DNA from: an uncultured Mollicutes bacterium
Lineage (GTDB): Bacteria > Bacillota_I > Bacilli_A > RF39 > UBA660
NCBI GenBank assembly: GCA_945969495.1
Contig: CAMFOH010000001.1
Span: forward strand, 4,424-68,423
Length of the DNA: 64,000 nucleotides
Reading direction: 5' to 3'
Below are positions 9,310 to 17,881 of this stretch, in pieces. A program made the translations under genes and the position numbers. Under the pieces are notes generated by a model that searched no databases, was not told the DNA's origin, and worked only from the letters and a program-made list of their open reading frames with translations. The stretch's first letter is position 1, and every line of letters starts with the position of its first letter.

Positions 9310-9507
9310 ATCATAAAAAAATATGCATAAAATATAAAAATAGTATTTTATATGTAATATTTTGTAAAAAAAGTCGAAAAAAGTACAAAAAGACTTGCTT
9401 TTTTTTCTAAATATAGTATCATTAATATCGGAAGTACAAGTATTTTACTTCCCTTATTGCTAAGACCATGCGTACCCACTCATGGTCTTTTATATTAAAA
9501 AAGAGGA

Positions 9508-11637
9508 TTATTTCCTCTTTTTTGTTTTTTGAATATTATTTTTTAATTGTTTACTTTCACTAGTAAATTTTACAATTCTAGCTTTTTTAGATGCTTCTTT
9601 AACCTTTATCTTAAGCGATGATCCGATTGTATATATATTATTGTTACCAACTAGTTTGTTATGAACACTATCATAATGGTAATTATCATTTGGCAAATCA
9701 TTTATGCTTATTATCCCGTAAAAACCTTCTTGGGTTCTTACTTTTACCTGAGTAGAATTAATATCAATTATTACTGCGTCAAATACGTTTCCTATGTTAT
9801 TTTCCATGAATTCTGCTATTCTCATTTCTTTAGCTTCTCGTTCTGCTTTATCTGCTTCATTACTTTGTTTACTACAATGGTTAGCGACTTCTTTTAAAAA
9901 TTTATCTAATTCATTGTAATCAATGTTGTATGTTTTATTATATAAATTTAATAATCTATGTACCTGTAAATCAGCAAATCTTCTAATTGGAGACGTAAAA
10001 TGTGTATATTGTTGCAAAGCTAGTCCAAAATGCCTAAGGCTTATATTTGAATATTTAGCTTTTTTCATCGTATTGATAAGTAATAATTCAGATAACGCTT
10101 CATAAGCGTCTTCGTTTTTATTTATGCTTTCTATTATGTTTTGAATATATTTATTTGAAGTTATATTTTTACAATTTTTAAATTCAATTCCTTGTTCTTC
10201 TAATACATCTAAAAATGAATGTATTTTATCTTCGTCTGGAGCTTCGTGAATTCTATATATAAAAGGTAAGCCTCTATAATAAATGTGTTCTGCTACAGTT
10301 TGATTTGCAAGTAACATAAAATTTTCTATTATTCTTTCTCCTGCTTGTTGTGTCCTTTTTTGAAACTGGATTGACTGACCTTTTCCTTTAGCTTTTAATT
10401 CACTTTTACTAAGGTTTAAATATCCTCTTTGATTTTTTGCTTTATTTAAAATGTCAGATAATTCACTCATTATTTTAAGATCTTCATAGAATGGTTCATA
10501 TCCATTTACCATTTCATTTTCTATTAATATTTTATTTACGTCTTCATAAGTCATTTTCTTTTTAGAACATATAATACTATCATATATATCATAATCAACG
10601 ACTTTCCCATCCTTATTAATTATCATTTCACAAGTTTTTGTAAGTCTATCTACGTTTGGATGTAAAGAGCAAATTCCGTTTGATATTTTAGCAGGTAACA
10701 TAGGTAGTACTGTGTCGTTCATATAAACACTTGTTGCTCTTTGATATGCATCGTTACTAATTGCGGTTCCTTCTTTTACGTAATATGCAACATCTGCAAT
10801 ATTAACGTATAATTTATAATTTCCGTTTGGAAGTATTTCAATGCATATTGAGTCATCAATATCTTTTGTGTCTTCTCCATCAATTGTAAATACATTCTTA
10901 TCTCTAAGGTCTTTTCTGCCTTCTTTTAAAGCTTGCTTATAATCTACAAAATTAGGTATTTTTTCAAGTTCTTTTATTGCTTTTGGACTAAAATCAGATT
11001 CAAAACCATGATCATATGCTATTGTTTTCTCATCAACGTCCGGTTCATTTTTGTGACCAATTATTTTTTCAACATGACCATCGAATTGACTACTTTTAGT
11101 AGTCAATCTTACTAGTAAGATTTCACCTACACCATGTTTATCAATGCTTTTTTGATCAACTCTAATTTTTGATTTACTTTTTGAATTATACGGAATAAGC
11201 ATATTTTTTCCATTTTCAAAAACAACCTCACAGGATATTTGATTGGTTTTTCTTTTTATTATTTTATCAATTGTTCCATAAATGTTATTCTTGTTATCAA
11301 CGTAAGATTTATTAACACATACAATATCTTTTTCTAAAACACCATCGGCTTTATTTCTTGGTACAATCACCTTGCACCCATAATCATCGGTAACAATCAT
11401 ATCACCACTTAGTAAAAAATGTGCCTTGCCATGACATATTGATGGTTTGTTTTCCATTAGACAATAAGTACCATTTTTATTTTGGTATACTAACCCTTTA
11501 ACCTCTAAGTCAAATATTATTTTTTCTAAATATTCCTCTGCATCACTACTTATTTTTAATTCCCTTTTTAGTTCTTTTAGATCAATATTAGGTCTTTTTT
11601 TTAAACAACCTAATAACTGCTGTTCTAAAACTTCCAT
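9508..11637 (-). CDS. rnr: Ribonuclease R
   Basis: 709 aa; RNB catalytic domain motifs (ALQQYTHFTSPIRRFADLQVHR), N-terminal CSD and C-terminal S1 regions. Confidence 0.85.
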   Translation of the reverse strand: MEVLEQQLLGCLKKRPNIDLKELKRELKISSDAEEYLEKIIFDLEVKGLVYQNKNGTYCLMENKPSICHGKAHFLLSGDMIVTDDYGCKVIVPRNKADGVLEKDIVCVNKSYVDNKNNIYGTIDKIIKRKTNQISCEVVFENGKNMLIPYNSKSKSKIRVDQKSIDKHGVGEILLVRLTTKSSQFDGHVEKIIGHKNEPDVDEKTIAYDHGFESDFSPKAIKELEKIPNFVDYKQALKEGRKDLRDKNVFTIDGEDTKDIDDSICIEILPNGNYKLYVNIADVAYYVKEGTAISNDAYQRATSVYMNDTVLPMLPAKISNGICSLHPNVDRLTKTCEMIINKDGKVVDYDIYDSIICSKKKMTYEDVNKILIENEMVNGYEPFYEDLKIMSELSDILNKAKNQRGYLNLSKSELKAKGKGQSIQFQKRTQQAGERIIENFMLLANQTVAEHIYYRGLPFIYRIHEAPDEDKIHSFLDVLEEQGIEFKNCKNITSNKYIQNIIESINKNEDAYEALSELLLINTMKKAKYSNISLRHFGLALQQYTHFTSPIRRFADLQVHRLLNLYNKTYNIDYNELDKFLKEVANHCSKQSNEADKAEREAKEMRIAEFMENNIGNVFDAVIIDINSTQVKVRTQEGFYGIISINDLPNDNYHYDSVHNKLVGNNNIYTIGSSLKIKVKEASKKARIVKFTSESKQLKNNIQKTKKRK

Positions 11638-11903
11638 AATTCCTTTATACCTTCCTTATAATAATTATACTATAAAAAAGTATAAAGTGTTTAAAAAAAT
11701 ATCATGTTATAATTATTTTTAAAATATGCTAAAGTATTTAAATATTTAGTATTTTTATTTTAACATTTAAGCTTTTGTGTTTTGTAATATATAATATTGA
11801 CAATAAAATATAATTATTAAAAAAATATAAAAAATAAAGCGAACTCACGGATTTGTTGCGTAATTAAATTTTAATTAAAATTACCAAATAATTAAAATTT
11901 TAT

Positions 11904-12045
11904 TGACTTGTATTTGTTAATATGTTATTTTGCCTTTAGTAAATAAAGAAATATATATTATGCAAGATTAATCACTTGAATTTCTTTTAGCTTTTTAGTG
12001 TTCGTTTCTTTTTAAACTTGCTTTTCAAGCAAATTTTTTTTATTG
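11904..12045 (+). promoter_or_regulatory. Decayed duplicate of the leader/attenuator found at 16592-16773 (promoter TTGACT-N17-TATTTT, leader segment gcaagattaatcac, terminator ttgctt-ttc-aagcaa + T9), no leader start codon and no downstream gene
   Basis: About 75% identity to 16592-16790 over 140 nt; reading frame of leader lacks ATG; region runs directly into IS110 relic. Confidence 0.55.
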
Positions 12046-12109
12046 TACTAAGAAAGGTGACTAACTATTAGAAATCAATAGTTTTTGAAAAAATTAGCAA
12101 ATAATTATT

Positions 12110-12760
12110 TCAATAAAGATGGTTCAAAATCATTGCTATATTCATAATTGAATATCTAAGATAACCCAAACTATATTTTAACATCTTACCATTAAAGGAT
12201 ATGTTACTAGATTCAATAACACTAGGTTCAAGTCCAACAAAAGCTAACATTTTAGCAAGCCCCTTAAGTTTAGTAAATTTAGCATAAGAAAATTTGCCAT
12301 GAGATAAGTTTCTAATTGAATCGTAATCCTTCGTCAAAACAATGTGACTTATATTTTTATACTTTTGGAAAATGCAAAGAAAAGTTGAAGAAATATTGTT
12401 GCTAAAGAAAGGTTTTAATTCAGGAAAAGACTTGTCCAATTAATTAGTTAATAAAACATCAAATTTACTTCTTTCTTTAATTAATAATTTCCTAGTTCTA
12501 TATAGTGACTTTAATAAATAAATATTGTATAATAAATTTGAATTTAGCTTGTAAGGAATAGACATTAAATATTGAACGATGGTTAAAGCATTAGCTTTAT
12601 CAGTCTTAGTTCTACGTAAGCTTCGAGCTTTTAAAAACTGATGAATGACAAGAGGATTTATTTTCATAAAAGAATAATCTTGATTAATTAAAAACAGTTC
12701 TATTTTCAAAGAATAATGTTCAGTTGCTTCAAAAGCAATGTGGACTTTGTATTTAGACAA
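12110..12760 (-). pseudogene. IS110-family (DEDD) transposase relic: N-terminal domain fragment + Transposase_20 C-terminal fragment separated by an in-frame stop, N-terminus truncated
   Basis: HIAFEATEHY...KTDKANALTIVQYL (IS110 N-domain) and LAKMLAFVGLEPSVIESSNISFNGKMLKYSLGYLRYSI (C-terminal HhH domain); the two ORFs are in the same frame with a single stop between them; total about 215 aa vs about 350-400 for intact enzyme. Confidence 0.7.
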
Positions 12761-13066
12761 ACATAATATATCATATAAACACCTTCTAAAATAGTTTGTT
12801 TGAACTGATAAGTTTGCAACAGAGTTTCTAATTATGTAATCACGTAATTTAATAAAACATCATTAGTAAAACTAACGTGTTAACTAACTAATTAACAATA
12901 AAAATAAAAATCCGTGGTTTGAGGCACCTAGACTAGTCATAGTGGCTGTAATATAAAAATAAATCCAAAGTGCGCTTCTTATTATAATAAATAATAAGAA
13001 AATACAAATGAAAGGGGTCAATCAAAAGAGGAGTATTTTTCTTAAGATTGATTATACGAGATAGAT

Positions 13067-13936
13067 ATGAAACAAGAATATAGATGTTTGTTTTACTCAA
13101 TGATTAATAACTTTATAATAGGCATTATCAAAATACTAGGTGGCGTTTTCTTTAATTTAACGTCTTTATTTGCGGATGGAATGCATACTTTTAGTGATTT
13201 TATAACGGATATTATTTCGTTTATAGGATCAAAGATTTCTAGAAAAAAACCAACTAAAGTTCATCCTTTTGGATTTGGTAAGGTTGAGTATTTAACTAAT
13301 TTATTTGTAGGAATAATAATATTTTTACTAGGTATATTTATTATTTTTAATAGTTTTGGTAAAACTATAGAAATACCTACTCTTAAAGTGCTATATCTTT
13401 TATTGGTAGTATTCATATTAAAGTTGATAGCCATATTAATAATGCATAAGGTTGGTGTAAAAATTAATAGTCAGGTTTTAATAACCGCAACCGAAGAATC
13501 AAAGGCTGATTTATATTCAACCATAGGAGTTGCAACAATAACAGTACTACTTCAGTTTAGCCATAAGTATGAATTTTTAAAATATGCTGATTTAGTAGGT
13601 TCAGTATTAATTGGATTAATGGTTCTTAAGATATCTTTAAAAATAATTATTAGTAATAGTCTTTCGCTTATCGGTGAAGTTGAAACAGATGAAAACAAAA
13701 TAACTAAAATTGAAGAATTTTTAAGTAGGTATAAACATATCGAAAATAAAAATATAGAACTTATTAAGTATGGTTCTTATTATAAGTTAAGTTTAGAGTT
13801 AGAGCTTAATCCTAAACTTAGCTTAAGACAAGTTACTAACTTAGAAAGAAAAATAAAAAAAGATATTATAAGGCATCGCTCTTTAAACGTTAAATATGCT
13901 GAGGTATATGTTACTGGAAAGGTGGAAAACAAATAA
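13067..13936 (+). CDS. Cation diffusion facilitator (CDF) family metal efflux transporter
   Basis: 289 aa; six TM segments, LFADGMHTFSD (CDF signature HxxxD in TM2), C-terminal cytoplasmic domain. Confidence 0.75.
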   Translation: MKQEYRCLFYSMINNFIIGIIKILGGVFFNLTSLFADGMHTFSDFITDIISFIGSKISRKKPTKVHPFGFGKVEYLTNLFVGIIIFLLGIFIIFNSFGKTIEIPTLKVLYLLLVVFILKLIAILIMHKVGVKINSQVLITATEESKADLYSTIGVATITVLLQFSHKYEFLKYADLVGSVLIGLMVLKISLKIIISNSLSLIGEVETDENKITKIEEFLSRYKHIENKNIELIKYGSYYKLSLELELNPKLSLRQVTNLERKIKKDIIRHRSLNVKYAEVYVTGKVENK

Positions 13937-13938
13937 TT

Positions 13939-16569
13939 ATGCATCATGAAGATATAGAAAGTATTTTTAGAAAGCTAAATTCAAATCAAAAGGGATTAAG
14001 TAGCAAAGAAGCTCAAAAAAGATTATTAGAAAATGGTAAAAATATTTTGCCTAAAAAAAAGAAAGATAGTTTTATTAAAATATTTTTAAAAGGAATATTA
14101 GATCCGATAGTTTTGTTATTAGTTATTACCGTTGTTTTCTCTTTAATAGTAGGAGAAAAAACAGATGCTATTGCAATTTCATTTATTATATTAGTAGACT
14201 TAATATTGGGAGCTGTGCAAGAGTGGAAAGCTGAAAAAAATGCAGATAGCTTATCGAGCATAATAAAAGTAAAAGTTAACGTCTTGCGGGATAATAAAGA
14301 GGTAGAAATAGATTCTGAAGATTTAGTTGTTGGGGATATTATGATACTTGATTCCGGGGACAAACTAAGTGCTGATGCAAGAATCATAGAATCTCATAAC
14401 TTAACCGTTAGTGAGTCTGTTTTAACAGGAGAAAGCATAAACGTACCAAAAAAAGTATGCACGGTTAATAAGAAAGCTAGTATAAGCGAAATGAAAAATA
14501 TGCTATTTGCTGGTACCACAATAACTACTGGTAGGGCAATTGCCATCGTGACTAAAACGGGTATACAAACCGAAGTTGGTAAAATAGCTGATAAGGTAGC
14601 TAACGCAAAAGATGAGAAGTCTCCACTTACGATTAGAATGGATAAGTTTTCTAAACAAATTAGTTTATTAATAATTGTTATAGCAATAATCATAACTGTT
14701 TTATTATTTTATAAAGGAGTTCAAGGAAAAGAAATATTCTTATCGGTTATTGCACTTTCTGTTTCAGCGATGCCAGAAGGTCTTCCACTTGCACTTACCA
14801 TGGCACTTACCATTACGTCAAATAAAATGGTAAAGAAAAATTGTTTGGTAAAAAAATTAAACTCGGTTGAATCACTTGGTAGCTGTACGTATATAGCAAG
14901 TGATAAAACCGGTACTTTAACAGTTAATGAACAAACTGCTAAACGGATTGTATTACCAAATGGAAAAGCATATGATATTACTGGAATTGGTTATAATTTT
15001 GATGGTGAAATTAAGGTAAGTGATAAGAAAGATGAAGAACTAGTAAAAGAAATAGCAACTTTAGGGTACATAAATAACGAAGCGGGGCTTGAAAAAGAAG
15101 AAGATGGATACACATATTTTGGTGACTCAATAGATGTTGCTTTTAAAGCGCTTGGTAAGAAGGTTAAGGTTGACGTAAGTAGCTATGAAATACTTGGCAT
15201 GATACCTTATGAATCAGAAAATAAGTACTCAGCAGTTTTTTATAATACATGCGGGAATAATTATGCATCTGTTAAAGGATCTTTAGAAGTTGTTTTAAAT
15301 TTTTGCAAAAATACTAATGAAGAAAAGGAAAAAATAAAAAAACAAAATGAAGAATTAGCTAAAGAAGGATACCGGGTTATAGCACTTGCAAGTAGTAAAT
15401 TAGCTAATTTTAAATTAAAAGAAGACTATGATAAAAATGATATAGAAACTTTAGAGTTTAAGGGCTTAGTTGCGTTTATAGACCCAGTAAGAAAAGATGT
15501 TAAAGATTCTATAAACGAATGCGTAAAAGCTGGTATAAACGTTATTATGATTACTGGTGATCATCCTTTAACCGCGTACAAGATAGCTAAGGATTTAAAG
15601 TTGTGTAATTCCTATGATGAGGTAGCAACAGGTGCTGATGTCGAGATGATGAGCGAAAAAGGTGAAGATGAATTTGATAGATTTGTAAAATGTAAAAAAG
15701 TATTCTCAAGAGTTACGCCAATTGATAAGTTAAAAATAGTTGAATGAGGTCATAGTTAAGGTGAGGTTGGGGCGGGATGAGGGGAGGGAGGATATGTGGC
15801 TCCAGCCCTTATATGCGCTATCATAGGGATTGCATTGGGATCTGGTACTGATGGTGCAATAGAAACAGCTGATATGATAGTTCTTGATGATAGCTTTTCG
15901 TCAATTGTAAGTGGCGTTAAAGAAGGAAGAGGGGCATATAGTAACATTAGAAAAGTATCATATATGTTACTATCTTGTGGGCTTGCTGAGGTATTATTCT
16001 TTTGTTTATCAATATTCTTTGAGTTGCCTATGCCACTTGTTGCAATCCAATTATTATGGCTTAACATCGTAACGGATGGCCTTCAGGATTTTGCACTATC
16101 ATTTGAACCGACCGAAGATAAAGTAATGGAAGAAAAACCAAGAAAAACAAGTGATTCACTGTTTAATAAAGAATTACTTATAGAAGTTTTAATATCTGGA
16201 TTAACAATGGGAATCATCGTTTTTATGGTATGGAATAACCTACTTAAAAATGGCATGGATGTTAACGTTGCAAGAGGATATATAATGGCTCTTATGGTAT
16301 TTATGCAAAACATCCACGTCCTTAATTGTAGGAGTGAAAAAACGTCTGCATTTAAGATGAGTTTAAAGAAAAATTTATGGATACCAGTTGTAATAGTAGG
16401 TTCAATTATATTACAAATAATAGTTATGGAAAATGATGTTTTATCAAGTTTTTTAAAAACTAGTAGTGTGCCTTTTATAAACATGGTAGAACTTTTAGGA
16501 TTTTCACTTATCATACTACTTGTTGTTGAAATATATAAAATATTTAAAAGGAAAAAACGTTCTATTTAG
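13939..16569 (+). pseudogene. P-type (type IIA/IIB, Ca2+-type) ATPase disrupted at the hinge motif: N-terminal ORF 13939-15747 (DKTGTLT present) and C-terminal ORF 15796-16569, joined by a G-rich patch containing three stop codons and a frame change
   Basis: Compare intact paralog at 46950-49562: ...[29 protein letters not shown]; here the same stretch reads IVE*GHS*GEVGAG*GEGGYVAPALICAIIGIALGSGTD. Confidence 0.75.
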
Positions 16570-16591
16570 AATGTTTTTTGCGTATAATTTG

Positions 16592-16620
16592 TTGACTTAT
16601 ACTTTTTAATATGTTATCTT
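16592..16620 (+). promoter_or_regulatory. Putative sigma-A promoter of the leader-regulated operon (TTGACT-17-TATCTT)
   Basis: ttgact tatactttttaatatgt tatctt; the same architecture is conserved in the decayed copy at 11904-11932. Confidence 0.4.
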
Positions 16621-16644
16621 TAATTCAGTAAATGAAGAAAGGAG

Positions 16645-16773
16645 CGTGATTAATATGAAACTTAGATTTACTAACAACTATATTATATGCAAGATTAATC
16701 ACGTGAATTTCATCTAACTTTTAGTATTCATGTTTATTTAATCTTGCTTAAATAAAAAAAGCAAGATTTTTTT
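16645..16773 (+). promoter_or_regulatory. Four-segment transcription attenuator. Segment 1 cgtgattaat (16645-54) pairs with segment 2 attaatcacg (16694-703). Segment 2' gcaagattaa (16689-98) pairs with segment 3 ttaatcttgc (16738-47), forming the antiterminator. Segments 3/4 aatcttgctt (16740-49) and aagcaagatt (16759-68) plus T7 form the terminator.
   Basis: All pairings are perfect 10-mers read directly from the sequence; terminator followed by ttttttt; operon start 25 nt downstream. Confidence 0.7.
16655..16717 (+). CDS. Regulatory leader peptide, 20 aa (MKLRFTNNYIICKINHVNFI)
   Basis: RBS gaaaggag 7 nt upstream; the start codon sits inside attenuator segment 1 and codons 12-17 inside segment 2. 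Confidence 0.6.
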   Translation: MKLRFTNNYIICKINHVNFI

Positions 16774-16797
16774 CTTGCACTAAGGAAGGTGATAAAC

Positions 16798-17289
16798 ATG
16801 AACAAATTATATTTAATAACGGGACCAGCTGGTGTTGGAAAGACAACAATATCTAAACTTTTAGCAGAAAAATTAAGTAAGTCTATTTTGATAGAAGGTG
16901 ATGATATCTATCATATGGTAATAGGTGGTTATGTACAAGCATGGAAACCTAATAACCATTTAGACTTATTTTGGAAAAATATTATAAGTTTAATACAAAA
17001 TGGATTAGAAAATGGTTATGATGTTGTTTTTAATTACATCATTAATAGAAAAGATTATGAATTATTAAAAGATAAATTTAAAGAATATAATATTATTTTT
17101 AAAGTTCTATTAGTAAGTGAAGAAGAATTATTAAGAAGAGATAAATTAAGAGATCCAAGTTGTAGAATGAATGAAAGATGTTTAGTATTATTAAATAATT
17201 TTAAAAAGGAATATTTAAATAGTAAAAATGTAATTGATACAACGAATTTAAGCATTAATAAAACTTTAGAAAAAATTACGGAGGGATAA
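16798..17289 (+). CDS. P-loop kinase, TmrB/chloramphenicol-phosphotransferase-like (AAA_33-type) family
   Basis: Walker A LITGPAGVGKTTISKLLAEKL at N-terminus, about 165 aa; RBS aaggaaggtga before ATG 16798 (ORF track begins at an upstream GTG 16789). Confidence 0.6.
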   Translation: MNKLYLITGPAGVGKTTISKLLAEKLSKSILIEGDDIYHMVIGGYVQAWKPNNHLDLFWKNIISLIQNGLENGYDVVFNYIINRKDYELLKDKFKEYNIIFKVLLVSEEELLRRDKLRDPSCRMNERCLVLLNNFKKEYLNSKNVIDTTNLSINKTLEKITEG

Positions 17290-17870
17290 TGACGATAAAT
17301 GATATAAAAACTCCTAATGATATTTTAGAATATTTAAATGAAAATATAGAATATGGTTGGATAGGAACAGATGGAGAAAAAAGAATAAAAAACATGGATA
17401 ATTTTAGAAAATGTTATAAAACCATGTCACTTGAAAGTGTTTTAAACCAAAAAGTTGGTACATGTATAGAACAAGTTTATTTAATTCATGAGTTAATGAA
17501 TAAAATTGAAGTCCCATCAAAAATGTTTTGCACAAGAATGTATGAAGATGAAAATTTTGATGATTTAGACGCTCCAGAAAGAATGCACTGCTTTATACTA
17601 TTTTATATTGATGATGAAGTTTTTCAGTTGGAACATCCGGATTTTAATAGAGTAGGAATCTATAAATATGAAAGTGAAAACGATGCAATAGGTAAAATAG
17701 TAAATATATATGAAAGTATGATGAAAGAGGAATATAAAAGTAAAAATAAACCAGCACCTGAAGGTGGGTTTAAAAGAATAACAACTCAGTTTTTTGAGGT
17801 TGAACCTGGATTAACATATAAAGAATTTAATTTATACGTAAATAACTTAGATAAAGAAAAAATAAAATAA
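17289..17870 (+). CDS. Hypothetical protein (193 aa) with conserved Cys (VGTCIEQVYLIHELM), possibly transglutaminase-like/thiol enzyme
   Basis: ORF overlaps upstream stop by 1 nt (translational coupling). Confidence 0.45.
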   Translation: MTINDIKTPNDILEYLNENIEYGWIGTDGEKRIKNMDNFRKCYKTMSLESVLNQKVGTCIEQVYLIHELMNKIEVPSKMFCTRMYEDENFDDLDAPERMHCFILFYIDDEVFQLEHPDFNRVGIYKYESENDAIGKIVNIYESMMKEEYKSKNKPAPEGGFKRITTQFFEVEPGLTYKEFNLYVNNLDKEKIK

Positions 17871-17881
17871 GGAGGTATACT

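Noticed and set aside
11841-12916. Inverted 9-10-nt match as true IS terminal inverted repeats
   Set aside because: IS110-family elements typically lack TIRs, and the bracketed interval also contains the attenuator remnant; kept only as a weak observation.
14013-14693. Two minus-strand ORFs (124 and 99 aa) inside the ATPase N-terminal fragment
   Set aside because: Antisense artefacts of AT-rich coding sequence; no RBS.
15740-15800. G-rich patch as a diversity-generating-retroelement variable region or intein remnant
   Set aside because: No template repeat, reverse transcriptase or intein motifs nearby; the patch contains stop codons and lies in a universally conserved catalytic motif, consistent with pseudogenisation.
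16083-16514. 143-aa minus-strand ORF
   Set aside because: Antisense to the ATPase C-terminal fragment.
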